From Candidatus Spongiisociaceae bacterium (GTDB lineage Bacteria > Actinomycetota > Acidimicrobiia > Spongiisociales > Spongiisociaceae), in contig OZ253564.1 in assembly GCA_965262915.1 (NCBI GenBank), positions 4,832,001-4,896,000 on the forward strand: a DNA stretch of 64,000 nt, written 5' to 3'. Position 1 is the stretch's first letter. Every line of letters begins with the position of its first letter. A program made the translations under genes and the position numbers. Shown piece by piece: positions 49,246 to 62,294 of this stretch. Below the pieces are notes generated by a model. The model was given only the letters and a program-made list of their open reading frames with translations, was not told the DNA's origin and searched no databases.

Positions 49246-50040
49246 ATGTTCGAGGAATTGTCCGAAGGTGTGTTCCGGCGCCTGTTCCCGTTTCTCCGGT
49301 TGAACATCGGGGTGGTGATCGGGGAGGACGGCGTCCTGCTGATCGATACCCGCGAGAGCCATGAGGCGGCCGCCGAGCTGGCCGGGGAACTCCGTACCCT
49401 CACCCCCAGACCGGTACGGTGGATCGTCAACACCCACTGGCACTGGGACCACGTCTTCGGTAACGCGACATTCCCCCAGGCCGCAATCTGGGGACACCGG
49501 TCGTGCCGGAGGGCGCTGCGGGACAACCCCGATCAGCACCGCAGGGACGCCCGCAAGTGGATGCCCGAGGCGCGCTTCGACGAAATCGAGCGGGTGCAGA
49601 TCGTCCCGCCCGGCAACACCTTCGAGGCCCTCACTTCGATCGATGTCGGCGGCAGGAAGGTGGAGGCGGCCTACCACGGGAGGGGTCACACCGACGCCGA
49701 CATCCTGATCCACTGCGGAGAGGTCACTTTCGTGGGCGATCTGGTGGAGCAGGGCGCCCCGCCCAATATGGGCGACTCCTACCCCTTCGACTGGCCCGCC
49801 ACCCTCACCGCCGCCCTCCGGACCCTCCGGCCCATCGTCGTCCCCGGCCACGGCGAGTTGCTCGCTCCGGCCGGCATCGAGGCGGAGCAGCGCAAGATGG
49901 AGCAGGTGGCCGAGAGGCTCCGCCAGATCCTTCACGAAGGGCATCCGGTCGACGAGGCCGTACGCAGCGGACCCCTACCCGAAGTCGACATGCGCCAAGC
50001 CCTTGCCCGGGCTCGGCAAGGCCGCGGGAACCTCGACTAA
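49246..50040 (+). CDS. MBL-fold metallo-hydrolase
   Basis: THWHWDHVFGN, GHT..D, GDL, PGHG. Confidence 0.9.
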   Translation: MFEELSEGVFRRLFPFLRLNIGVVIGEDGVLLIDTRESHEAAAELAGELRTLTPRPVRWIVNTHWHWDHVFGNATFPQAAIWGHRSCRRALRDNPDQHRRDARKWMPEARFDEIERVQIVPPGNTFEALTSIDVGGRKVEAAYHGRGHTDADILIHCGEVTFVGDLVEQGAPPNMGDSYPFDWPATLTAALRTLRPIVVPGHGELLAPAGIEAEQRKMEQVAERLRQILHEGHPVDEAVRSGPLPEVDMRQALARARQGRGNLD

Positions 50041-50258
50041 CGAGCGCAAACCTGATGGCCGTGCGGAGGCCGACTCTTTGCACCTGATGTCTGGCGAAGA
50101 CCCCGAACCGCCGGTCGAACGACACTTCGTGCGCACACCTCTGCTCAGGGAAGCACCACAAGATCCGCCCGGCCCGGCCACCGAGGGGCTCCGACACTCC
50201 ATACCGGTTGTCCCCGACGCCACCACTGCCCGGACTGGGCTAGGGAGGGTGCTCCTAG

Positions 50259-50822
50259 CTAGCGGAAGTTCTCGTGGATCCGGGAAGCGGTGGGACCGCG
50301 CTGGCCCTGGTACTTGGAACCGGCCCCCAGCGACCCGTAGGGATGCTCGGCGGGACTGGACAGTTGGTAGAAGCTGACCTGGCCGATCAGCATTCCCGGA
50401 TAGATGGCGATCGGAAGGTTGGCGACGTTGGCCAGCTCCAGGGTCAGGTATCCGTCGAATCCGGGATCCACGAACCCGGCCGTGGAATGGATCAGGAGCC
50501 CGATCCGCCCCAGGCTGGACTTGCCTTCCAGGCGTGCGACAACATCGTCGGCGAGCTTTATACGTTCGTAGGTCGAGCCGAGCACGAACTCGCCCGGATG
50601 CAGGATGAACCTCCCGTCGGGCTCCACCGCCATCTCCTTGGTGAGGTCGGGCTGGTAGGTCTTCGGGTCGATGAACGGGTACAGGTGGTTCTCGAAGACC
50701 CTGAACACCCGGTCCACCCGCAGGTCCACCGACGAAGGCTGGACCTGGGCCTCGACGTAGGGATCGATCCCGATCCGCCCGGCCTCGATTGCCGTCTTGA
50801 TGTCCCGGTCCGAAAGAATCAC
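50259..50822 (-). CDS. dcd: dCTP deaminase
   Basis: [37 protein letters not shown]. Confidence 0.96.
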   Translation of the reverse strand: MILSDRDIKTAIEAGRIGIDPYVEAQVQPSSVDLRVDRVFRVFENHLYPFIDPKTYQPDLTKEMAVEPDGRFILHPGEFVLGSTYERIKLADDVVARLEGKSSLGRIGLLIHSTAGFVDPGFDGYLTLELANVANLPIAIYPGMLIGQVSFYQLSSPAEHPYGSLGAGSKYQGQRGPTASRIHENFR

Positions 50823-50889
50823 CTACGCGCTCCCGATAGTCGGGCGGTGGAACACGGGACGGCCGCGGCTGGTCCGTCGGGGGAAGGGG

Positions 50890-50960
50890 AGCGGGTGAGG
50901 GGAATTGAACCCCCGTTCTCAGCTTGGGAAGCTGATGTTCTACCACTGAACTACACCCGC
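50890..50960 (-). tRNA. tRNA-Gly(CCC)
   Basis: GCGGGTGTAGTTCAGTGGTAGAACATCAGCTTCCCAAGCTGAGAACGGGGGTTCAATTCCCCTCACCCGCT cloverleaf; followed by CCC, so CCA is not fully encoded. Confidence 0.95.
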
Positions 50961-51027
50961 CGGCGGATCACGATGGTAGCGGCGGGCACCGAACCCCGCA
51001 TCCCGCTCGGCGAGGCCCGCGCGTGGT

Positions 51028-51243
51028 TCACCGGACGAGGCCGACGATCCCCCAGACGCTGATGACGAGGCCGACCACCAGCAGGAAGCGGGCTCTGCCC
51101 GGCCGGTACACGCCCCGGAAACCCTTGGGACCCTCTCCCCGAGAGTGCTTCCACATCGCGAATCCGTTACCGAAGACCATCGCCAGGCCCATAGCGGCCA
51201 TCAACTGTGCGAGCAGGCTGTCCAATCCGAGAATGTCCGCCAT
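51028..51243 (-). CDS. Small two-TM hypothetical membrane protein
   Basis: 71 aa, two hydrophobic helices. Confidence 0.65.
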   Translation of the reverse strand: MADILGLDSLLAQLMAAMGLAMVFGNGFAMWKHSRGEGPKGFRGVYRPGRARFLLVVGLVISVWGIVGLVR

Positions 51244-51410
51244 GCCGACCTACCGTGGGATAATGCTGAGAAACGACCGCTGCTGCCGGATCGTTGCTCA
51301 CCGACCAGGCATCTTAGCCTTGAGCGGCTGACCGCCCGAATATCGCTCGACTCTCACCCAGCCACCGCGCTATCTGCGCCGAAGGTCGCTGATCCTCGTA
51401 CACTGCGGGC

Positions 51411-52319
51411 ATGGCTTCCCAAGGATCACGCCTAGCCGTAATCGCTGCGCTGACCGCCAACTCAGCCATAGCGATAGCCAAGTTCGCAGCCGCCGTGATA
51501 ACCGGATCGGCGGCCATGCTGGCCGAAGGTATCCACTCGGTGGCCGACTCCGGAAACCAGGGAATGCTGCTATGGGGCATGGCGGCCTCCCGGCGCCGGG
51601 GCGGCTCGCTCCACCCGTTCGGGCGGGGTAAGGAGGTCTACTTCTGGAGCTTCATGGTGGCGGTCATGCTCTTCGTCGGGGGCTCGGTGTTCTCCGTGCA
51701 GCACGGTGTCAGCGCCCTCCGTGATCCCCACCCGGTGCAGAGCTTCCTCCTCTCGGTGGTGGTGCTGGCCGGAGCGCTCGTGTTCGAGGCCTTCTCGTTC
51801 GTCGTGGCGATCCGCGAGTTCAACCGGTCGCGCGGGTCCCGCTCGATATGGCGCTCGGTGCGCGAGTCCAAGGACGCCGCTCTGCTCGTCATCCTCTTCG
51901 AGGACTGCGCTGCGGTAGGTGGGCTGGTGGTCGCCATGGCCGGCGTGATCGCCTCCCACCTGACCGGCGATTCCCGGTGGGATGCCATGGCGTCCATCGC
52001 GATCGGCGTTCTGCTGGCCGTGGTGGCCATCTTCCTCGCTTTCGAGACCAAGGGCCTTCTCGTGGGTGAGGCCGCCGGACGCCGGGAACGCGCCACTATC
52101 CGCGCCACGGTTCTCGCCCATGGCAACGCCGAACGGGTGGGCAGGTTGCTTACCATGCACATGGGACCCGAGGAGATCCTTGTGAACCTGGATGTAGAAC
52201 TGGCGGACGGTCTGTCGGGCCAGGAGGTCCACCAGACCATCGAAGACATGGAAAACGACATCCGGAGCGCGATTCCGGCCGCCAAGAACATCTTCATCGA
52301 GACGAGGGCCGGCAAATGA
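51411..52319 (+). CDS. Cation diffusion facilitator (CDF) transporter
   Basis: AMLAEGIHSVADSGNQ, HPFG.GKE.YFW, EDCAA, TMHMGPEE. Confidence 0.92.
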   Translation: MASQGSRLAVIAALTANSAIAIAKFAAAVITGSAAMLAEGIHSVADSGNQGMLLWGMAASRRRGGSLHPFGRGKEVYFWSFMVAVMLFVGGSVFSVQHGVSALRDPHPVQSFLLSVVVLAGALVFEAFSFVVAIREFNRSRGSRSIWRSVRESKDAALLVILFEDCAAVGGLVVAMAGVIASHLTGDSRWDAMASIAIGVLLAVVAIFLAFETKGLLVGEAAGRRERATIRATVLAHGNAERVGRLLTMHMGPEEILVNLDVELADGLSGQEVHQTIEDMENDIRSAIPAAKNIFIETRAGK

Positions 52320-53161
52320 GCAGCGCCTCTGCCCCGGCGTCGTCGGCCAACCTGGGGCCCGGCTTCGACACGCTCGCCCTGGCGCTGGACCTGCGGTGCC
52401 GGGTCCGTGCCCGACCGGCCGCATCCTGGTCGATACGGCACTCCGGTCCCGAGCCCTACCTGGGCAACTCGGAGGACGACGCCATCCTCAGGGCCGCCCG
52501 GCGGGTCAGTTCCCGGTCGCTGCAGGTCGAGGTCTCCAACCAGATCCCCCTCTGCCGTGGAATGGGATCGAGCGCGGCGGCCTTCGCCGCCGGGACCCTG
52601 GCCGCCCTGCGGGCCAACGGACACGACCCCGGCCAGGACGACCTGTTCCAATGTGTCAAAGAACTGGAGGGCCATCCCGACAATGCCGCCGCGGCCGTCT
52701 ACGGGGGGCTGGTGGCGGTGGTGCAGGGCTCGGTGATCCATCCTTCGATGTCATCGGAGTTGGTTCCGGTCCTGGCCGTGCCCTCCTTCGAGTTGAAGAC
52801 CAGCGACTCGAGGAAGATGATCCCGGCTTCGGTTCCGGTCGGAACCACCGTACGCACGATCGGCCGGGTCGCCGCCCTGCTGGAGGGTCTGCGCACCGGG
52901 TCGGGCCGGATGCTGGAGTTGGCCCGGGGTGACGAGATCCACGAAGCCCCGCGCAGCGCCCACAACCCCTGCGTGGCAAAACTGATGGCGACCGCCCTGG
53001 AAGTGGGGGCGCTCCATGCCTGCCTTTCGGGAGCAGGTCCTTCGGTGCTGTGCCTCGTACATGAAGATCACGTACCGTCGGTTGTCTCCGCCCTCGAATC
53101 CTGTATCGACTCGGGAGGCAGGGTGATGGTCCTGGCACCCGACACCTTCGGCGCCCGCTAA
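52316..53161 (+). CDS. thrB: Homoserine kinase
   Basis: PASSANLGPGFD, IPLCRGMGSSAA, EGHPDNA, LSGAGPS. Confidence 0.95.
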   Translation: MSSASAPASSANLGPGFDTLALALDLRCRVRARPAASWSIRHSGPEPYLGNSEDDAILRAARRVSSRSLQVEVSNQIPLCRGMGSSAAAFAAGTLAALRANGHDPGQDDLFQCVKELEGHPDNAAAAVYGGLVAVVQGSVIHPSMSSELVPVLAVPSFELKTSDSRKMIPASVPVGTTVRTIGRVAALLEGLRTGSGRMLELARGDEIHEAPRSAHNPCVAKLMATALEVGALHACLSGAGPSVLCLVHEDHVPSVVSALESCIDSGGRVMVLAPDTFGAR

Positions 53162-53170
53162 CGGGCGCGC

Positions 53171-53263
53171 CTAGCTCTTTTTTTTGTGCCGGTTTGCCTT
53201 GATCCTTTTGCGGTACTTGTGCTTGCTCATTTTCTTGCGGCGTTTCTTGATCAACGAGCCCAT
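53171..53263 (-). CDS. Small basic ribosomal protein bS22 (AURKAIP1/COX24 domain)
   Basis: MGSLIKKRRKKMSKHKYRKRIKANRHKKKS; below ORF-track cutoff. Confidence 0.88.
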   Translation of the reverse strand: MGSLIKKRRKKMSKHKYRKRIKANRHKKKS

Positions 53264-53429
53264 GCACATCCTTGGTCAGCCGGAGGGCCGATTCTTGCCG
53301 GTAACGGGGCGGGCCGCAAGCGCGAAACATGACCTCGACCCTCTCCACCGACAAAAAGAGTGGCCGGTGGCCATTGCATGACAGAGCCCACGAGCCGCAG
53401 AAGGATCAAGAGAATTACTGACGGAAGTC

Positions 53430-53700
53430 GAGAGAACCGCTCGCGAAAACTGAGCCACACGAGGGGGTTGATCCTTTCACAGGTATGTTGCACTATGGAC
53501 GTACCAAACACCTGGTCGGTCTCGAACCGGACGTCATTCGACCGCCCGAGGGATCAAGAATCTCGGAACCGGAGAGCCCCCTTCCGGGCGGGCCGAACGT
53601 ACTCCGAGCCCTGGCAAGGTGGCAGTGGGGGCGGGCCCGATGGAGGGGTGGGCGGCGGCGTTTTTCGCGGTCTGCTGGTGCAACCCGGGGCCGAGCGGCT
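53430..53700 (+). repeat. Non-coding repeat element B, copy 2
   Basis: Colinear blocks shared with 21690-21960: AGGGGGTTGA, TCACAG..TGTTGCAC, AAACACC, AGGGATCA, AGGTGGC.GT.GGGG.GGGCCCG, AGGGGT, TTTTCGCG. Confidence 0.65.
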
Positions 53701-53857
53701 AGGCGGGAAGGGTGGTCTCCATCGCCGATCCTCCGCTCGCGGCCGGACTTCGCCCGTTCGGTCGAGTGCCCGGTTGTGGCTGCGAATCTCAGCAACCGCT
53801 GCGGGACCCGGGCGGCAGAGGCCGGGGTCACCCCCGCACGCTGTTACTCGCCGGCCC

Positions 53858-54703
53858 TCAATTCGGGTTGCGTAGGAACCGCTCGATGTCCTCGACCATC
53901 CGGCGACTATCCCCCTTCGAGATCACCCGGCTCTCGCTCTCCCTCTCCAGCCGTTCGACGTAGGCGACCAACTCCGCCGATTCGGCCACCGCCTCCCGGA
54001 CCTGGGCCTCGTAACCAGCCACCTCCTCGTCGAGTTCGCCGACATCGAAGCGCCAACCGAGTACGTCACCCAGGGCAAAAAGGAGGGCCCGGGTGCCGGT
54101 CGGGCTCGGATTACCGGCCAGATAATGGGGTAATCCGGCCCAAATCCCGGATGCCTCGATCCCCTCTTCGGCCAGCTTGGTCGTTATGACCCCTGTGATC
54201 CCGGTCGGCCCCTCGTAGGTGGAGGGGTGAATACCCAACCGCAGCGCGAAGTCGGGATCGTCCGAACTGCCGAAGATCGGAACCGGGAGCGTGTGCGGTA
54301 TCTGGCCAACGAAAGCCCCCAGGGCTACCGCCCGGCGGACGTCGAGACGGCGGAGGACCGCTGTCACATCGGCGCAGAACCGGCGCCAGCGATGATGCGG
54401 TTCTTCTCCGATCACCAGAACGAGATCATGGACATGGTCGGGAAGTGGTAACCCGAAGAACCCCGTCGCCGGCCAGTGGATCTGCCTCACGGTCCGGTCG
54501 ATGGAGACCAGGGGCCGGGTCACCTGGTAGTTGATGTAGGGCTCGAGGTCGAGTTGCGCGATGGGTATCTCACCGTGCTGCTCCATGAGGTAGTAGAGCA
54601 CCCTCGAGGCGGCGTCGGCGGCGTCATTCCAGCCCTCGAAGGCCAGAACCGCCACCGGGTCGCGCAAGGTTGGTTCCTCGACCCACTCGATGTCGGTAGG
54701 CAC
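53858..54703 (-). CDS. PAC2-family (proteasome assembly chaperone-like) protein
   Basis: AFEGWNDAADAAS, GEEP..RWR.F, PHT.P, YEGPTGI, PHY. Confidence 0.88.
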   Translation of the reverse strand: MPTDIEWVEEPTLRDPVAVLAFEGWNDAADAASRVLYYLMEQHGEIPIAQLDLEPYINYQVTRPLVSIDRTVRQIHWPATGFFGLPLPDHVHDLVLVIGEEPHHRWRRFCADVTAVLRRLDVRRAVALGAFVGQIPHTLPVPIFGSSDDPDFALRLGIHPSTYEGPTGITGVITTKLAEEGIEASGIWAGLPHYLAGNPSPTGTRALLFALGDVLGWRFDVGELDEEVAGYEAQVREAVAESAELVAYVERLERESESRVISKGDSRRMVEDIERFLRNPN

Positions 54704-54752
54704 GGCCTTCAGAGTAGCTGTCTACCTGTGCATCCGGGTAGGTAGCGACCCA

Positions 54753-56951
<2,199 letters not shown>

Positions 56952-57050
56952 CTCCGGGCTCCGCGAAACGGTGGCGACGTGCCACCGGAACCGGAATTCT
57001 ACAGGCCTCGGCAACCTTCCGGCATCGCTGCGCCGAGGCGTTGGCCCCGG

Positions 57051-58075
57051 CTACCGGGACCGGGAAAGAAGAGACATGTCCCTCGCGATCACCTCAACGG
57101 GTTCGGGGAAGTGGCAGGCCACCGGATGGCTGTTGTCCCGGTCCACGAGTTCCGGCGGCTCGATTGCACAGATTGCCTGCGCCTTCCAGCAGCGGGTACG
57201 GAAGCTGCATCCCGAGGGTGCTCTCTCAGGGCTCGGGACGTCGCCCGTGAGGACGATCCGGCGGCGTTCTCGCTTACCACCGGATCCGGCTCCGGTACGG
57301 CCGACAACAGGGCCTGCGTGTAAGGATGGCGGGGATTCCGGTAGATCTCGTCCCGGTCTCCGGTCTCGACGATCTTCCCCAGATACATCACCGATACGAC
57401 ATGGGCGATCTGCCGCACCACGGCCAGATCGTGAGCGATGAAGAGGTAGGCGACTCCAAGTCGGGTCTGGATGTCCTGGAGCAGGTTGATGATCTGTGCC
57501 TGGATCGACACGTCGAGCGCCGAAACGGGTTCATCGGCGACTACCAGCTTCGGTTCCAGCGCGAGAGCCCGGGCGATTCCTATACGTTGCCGCTGACCGC
57601 CGGAGAACTCGTGCGGGTAGAGGTCCAGGTGCTCCGGGCTCAGACCAACCGTCTCGAGCAACTCCTGCGCTCGGCGCAACCGTTCGGGTCGATCGTACAT
57701 TCGGTGCACGCGCCAGGGCTCGGTGAGGATCGAGCGGACTTTCTTGCGAGGATTCAGAGCGGCGTAGGGATCTTGGAAGACGATCTGCATATCGCGTCGC
57801 AACATCCGCAGCGTCCTGCGATCGCAACGATGGACATCGACTCCGCGGAACGACACCCTGCCCCTGGTCGGCTCCAGGAGACGCAGGATCAGGCGTCCCG
57901 TCGTGGACTTCCCACAACCCGACTCACCGACCAAGCCATGCGTTTCGCCGGGGTTCACCACGATGCTCACACCGTCTACGGCCTTCACCGCGCCGACTCG
58001 ACGCTCGAACACCGCACCCTTGGTCATCGTGAAGTACTTGGCGAGATCACGGGTGACGAGCAACGGGTCAGCCAC
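57051..58075 (-). pseudogene. OppF-like ABC ATPase, frameshifted near 57272
   Basis: [17 protein letters not shown]; conserved tail ([22 protein letters not shown]) in another frame. Confidence 0.75.
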
Positions 58076-59070
58076 GGATCTCCTCCGCCCGATGGCAGGC
58101 GACCCGCCCCGCGTAGCCCTCGATCGGCCGCAGTCGGGGCATCTCGGTCCGGCACCGCTCCGTCGTGTAGGGACACCTGGGGTTGAACGCGCACCCGGGC
58201 ACAACCTCGGTGAGGCTCGGCGGCGAGCCCCGGATCGGTTCGAGGCGGAGATGCGGACCGCTGAGCCGGGGAACCGACTCGAGGAGGCCCTGGGCGTAGG
58301 GATGTGCGGGTGCGGCGTAGAAATCGCTCGCCGGACCGCTCTCCACCGTCCGGCCCGCATACATCAGATGGACGCGGTCGGCGACCCACGCGACCACGCC
58401 GAGATCGTGAGTGATCAGGATCAGTCCCATATGGTTCTCAGCCTGCAGCCCGGCCAACAACTCCATGATCTGAGCCTGGACCGTGACATCGAGTGCAGTG
58501 GTCGGCTCGTCGGCGATGAGCACGCTGGGTTCGAGGGCGAGGGCCATCGCGATCATGACCCGTTGTCGCATCCCTCCTGAGAACTGATGGGGATAGTGGT
58601 CGGCCCGGCGGTGTGGATCGGGAATGCCCACCCGGTCCATCAACTCGATCGCGCGCCGGCGGGCTGCGCGTCGCGCCAAGCCCCGGTGGGCCCTGAACAT
58701 CTCCCCGATCTGGTGCGCGACCGTGAACACCGGGTTCAGGGAGGTGAGCGGGTCCTGGAAGATCATCGCGATTTTCTCGCCCCGCACCCGGCGCCGCTCT
58801 CGGGCCGTGAGTTCCTGCAGATCCCGGTCGCGGAAACGTATGCCATTGCACGTGACCACTCCCGGTGGTGAGGGGACGATGCCCATGAGGGCCAGCGCGG
58901 TAACTGTCTTACCGCTTCCCGACTCCCCGATCAGTGCAACCGTCTCACCTGCTCTCAGGCTAAGTGATATATCGGAGACAGCCCGGACTGTGCGGGTTCC
59001 GGTAACGAACTCGACGTTCAGGCTGTCCACTTCGAGCCTTGGAGGAGTTCAGGGGGGCCGGGGTCGACAT
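58068..59070 (-). CDS. OppD-like ABC ATPase; 5' end probably frameshifted (usable GTG at 59030)
   Basis: [25 protein letters not shown]; no permease or SBP upstream. Confidence 0.75.
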
Positions 59071-59142
59071 CCCGTTGCTCGCGCCGTCATGGTCCAATCC
59101 CGATACCCGCGCGGAATACCTGGCGCTGGCCGACCTCGCCAC

Positions 59143-60610
59143 ATGAGTCGACGATCGAGGACAACAAGAGGATCAGCGACATCCTGCTGACCGATGCGGT
59201 AGTGCTCACCATGGATCCGGCCCGTACGGCCTACAGCAACGGGTACGTCTGGATTCGAAACGACAGTATCCAGGAGGTGGGCGCAATGCCCGCTCCGACC
59301 ACCCTTCCTGCCGGGACCGCGATCCGGTCGATGAACAAACGGCACCTGGTCATGCCTGGCCTGATCAACGCCCACAACCACATCTCGAATCACGTCGTGA
59401 GGGGTACGTTCGATGAGGGCTCGAGGGAGGACTACGGGACGCGGATGTTCGCGGCTCTCCGAGCTCTCGATGGGGACGCCTCGTATGCCGGCGCCCTGAG
59501 CTCTCTCGTCGAGCAGCTCTGCGGTGGGATCAACCACCACCCAGGCCGGCGAGTTCGGGCACGTGGACCGACCTGCGGGGGTGCTCAGGGCAATCCACGA
59601 TGCCGGGCTGCGCGCTGTCTTCTCGCTGGCCGTCATGGATAGCGCGGGACGAGACAGTCGACTCGCAAACGGTACCGCAGGAGTTCCGCGAGGCGCCTTC
59701 AAAGGCCGTCACTCGCCTCGAGGCTCTGGAGCGCCGGTTCGGTTCGACCCTGGCAACCGTTGCCCCCGAGGTCCTCTCGCCGATGAGATGCACACCGGAG
59801 ATGATCCGGACGCTACATGCCTACTCCGTCGCGCGTGGCGTGCCCCTGTTCATGCACGTGGGCGCGGCCAGGGACGAGATGGATGAGTCCGTGCGTCGTT
59901 ACGGGATGACGACCGTGGAGTTCCTCGAAAGCCTCGGGGTGCTCGGCCCCAGAACCGTGCTCGCTCATGCCAACTACATCACCAACGAGGAGAACGGCCT
60001 GCTCGCCCGGTACGGAACCGGGGTGGCACACTGCCCGGTGGCCAACATCTGGGCCGGGGGCCGGATCCCGATGCTCGCGGAGTGGGTGGCGGCCGGTGTC
60101 CGCGTTGGGTTGGGAACCGACGGGGCGACCAGCAACAACGGTCAGGACCTCTGGGAGACCGCGAAGATGGCGGTGCTGTTGCAGAAGACGCGGCTGGCCG
60201 ACCGTACCTACGCCTCGGCGGAGTTGGGACTCGAGTTGTTGACCATCGGAGGTGCCCGGGCGCTGCACATGGAGGACCGCATCGGGTCGCTGGAACCGGG
60301 CAAACAGGCCGATGTGATCTGCATCGACATCGACCGGCCGGCTCTCACCCCGCGCGCCACCGTGACCTCGAACCTCGTCTACTCACATGACCGGGCTGCG
60401 GTTCGCCACGTTTACGTCGGCGGAGTCGAGCAGCTTCGCGACGGAGAGCCGGTCAACCTCGATGTCGGAGCCGTGGCCCGTCTGGTCGAGGAACAGGCCG
60501 GCCGGGTCCTGTCCGCGCCCGGCGTCGGGCAAGGATTCGCCGAGCGCTCACGGATGCGATGGGCGGAAAGGAACCTGTCCCTGGAGGGAGAACGTCAGCG
60601 GGCGATGTGA
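59143..60610 (+). pseudogene. SsnA/TrzA-type amidohydrolase, frameshifted
   Basis: PGLINAHNH, GI|TT split near 59530, MHV, AHA, HCP, LGTDG, GSLEPGKQAD. Confidence 0.8.
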
Positions 60611-60648
60611 GCGAACTGCTTGGCAACCGGCGGTACGGGGTGCCGCCG

Positions 60649-61461
60649 TCAGGTCCGCCCAAGGAAGTCGAGCACCATAGCTGCGAAAGCCTCCGGGTCC
60701 TCCGCTCCCGGGAAGTTGCCATAGCCCTCTTCGACGCTGGTCTCCCAGGCAGGAAACAACTTTCCGGTGGCCTCCAGTTCCTCCACGTAGTACTGGTCGT
60801 GCCGTCCTGCCGTTAGCAACACCGCGTCCCCGAGCAAGCGCATGCGGTCCTGGATACGAGGCAAGTAGCGGGGAACCAAATCGGGGAACTGTGGCCGGTT
60901 CTTGCTCGCCAACGCCAGCAGGACCGTCGGGAAGACCTGTTCGAGCCTGGCGTCCGGCACCGACCAGGCCGAGTACCCGTCCCAGGTGTCGATCATGATC
61001 TGCCGCCCATCTACGGGGCCCTCCGGTTTGGGCATCGCCGCCGCTCTTGCTCGGGCGGCAACCCGCCGGGCTTCGAAACGCTCCGGCCACGCGGCACAGC
61101 CGTTGAGCACGACCCGCTCGACGCGGCCGGGATCCATTGCGGCCACTTCGACCGCCATGATGGCGCCGTCGTGGTGTCCCACCAAGCTGGTCCGGCCGAT
61201 TTCGAGTTCATCGAGCAACACCAACATGGCGCGAGCAAAGTCCTCGATCTCGTATTCCCGAGCCGGGTCGTAGCTGGTACCCCGCCCCGGCATGTCCCAG
61301 GCGACTACCCGGTAGTGTCGGGCGAGGATCGGCATGACCTTGGAATACTCGGCGGCAGCGGTAGGAGACTGGTGAAGGAGCAGCACGGCTTCGCCTGCTC
61401 CTTCGGACCAGTAATGGATCTGCCCTTCAAGCGAATCGACGTAGCCGCGCATGCCACCCAT
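60649..61461 (-). CDS. Alpha/beta-fold hydrolase
   Basis: LLLHQSP, DMPGRGTS, nucleophile elbow GHHDGA (Asp in place of Ser). Confidence 0.85.
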   Translation of the reverse strand: MGGMRGYVDSLEGQIHYWSEGAGEAVLLLHQSPTAAAEYSKVMPILARHYRVVAWDMPGRGTSYDPAREYEIEDFARAMLVLLDELEIGRTSLVGHHDGAIMAVEVAAMDPGRVERVVLNGCAAWPERFEARRVAARARAAAMPKPEGPVDGRQIMIDTWDGYSAWSVPDARLEQVFPTVLLALASKNRPQFPDLVPRYLPRIQDRMRLLGDAVLLTAGRHDQYYVEELEATGKLFPAWETSVEEGYGNFPGAEDPEAFAAMVLDFLGRT

Positions 61462-61601
61462 TCTCCTCGGTCGCTGTCTCTTCCACGCTCCAAGAGGCGC
61501 CCAACCGGCAGGCTAGCCGCCCGCCCGGCGGTTGATGACAGACTTCCACGTCAACGGCCGTCGGGCCAACCATGTCGCCCTTTTTTGGGGGCACCCTCCT
61601 A

Positions 61602-61850
61602 TTAGGAGAGGAGGGAAATGGTGTAGCCGACTTTGGTGACCGCCTCGACGATGGTGTCGGTGGAGGCAGCGGAGGTAAGTGTGACCCGCGCCTGGCTCGA
61701 AGCGAGATCGACCACCGCCCCGTCAACGCCTTCCTGGCCGGCCAGGACCTGCTCGACGCGCGCCACACAAGAACCACAACTCATCCCTCCGACCCTGAAG
61801 ACCACATCCCGCGTGGCCATATCATGGGTCCCTTGGTTAGGTTCTTGCAT
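61602..61850 (-). CDS. copZ: CopZ-like heavy-metal-binding chaperone
   Basis: Single HMA domain GMSCGSC...VGY; AGGAG RBS. Confidence 0.85.
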   Translation of the reverse strand: MQEPNQGTHDMATRDVVFRVGGMSCGSCVARVEQVLAGQEGVDGAVVDLASSQARVTLTSAASTDTIVEAVTKVGYTISLLS

Positions 61851-62053
61851 GTCGAATCTCCTGCCATTCCCGTGCCAGAATCAAGCCTACCGGCTCGTCC
61901 GGTCACATGAACCGATGGTCTGCCTGCCAAACTAGTGCCCTGTCGCTGCCGGCAAGACCACCGGGCATTGTTTTGTGTCGCCGAATGTATCTGTCCCGGA
62001 ACAAGACCGGGGTGCACAGCGTTATACAGGTTAGTAACCGGAAAGGAGTACTC

Positions 62054-62245
62054 GTGGCTGACACACTCGGGGGCGCTCACCTGCGCGGACGCAACCGCCC
62101 GTCGCGCTCGTACGCGGCAGGACGGGTATGCATGAAGCGCGGTTGCTCCACGAAGATTTCCATCTACAATCGCCGGGAGTACTGCAACGCACACGCTCCC
62201 GTGAACTTCCCCAGGGTACGCGGCCACGTCCTCACAAAGGTTTGA
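62054..62245 (+). CDS. Small basic putative zinc-finger protein
   Basis: GAAAGGAG RBS + GTG; 63 aa with C-x4-C-x12-C-x2-H. Confidence 0.7.
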   Translation: MADTLGGAHLRGRNRPSRSYAAGRVCMKRGCSTKISIYNRREYCNAHAPVNFPRVRGHVLTKV

Positions 62246-62294
62246 GGAGGTAGGCGCCGGTGGCCGGGAGGCCGGCCTTCCGAGCGGTGATCGC

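Noticed and set aside
50880-50960. tRNA-Gly as an island integration site
   Set aside because: No integrase and no duplicated tRNA 3' end seen in the window.
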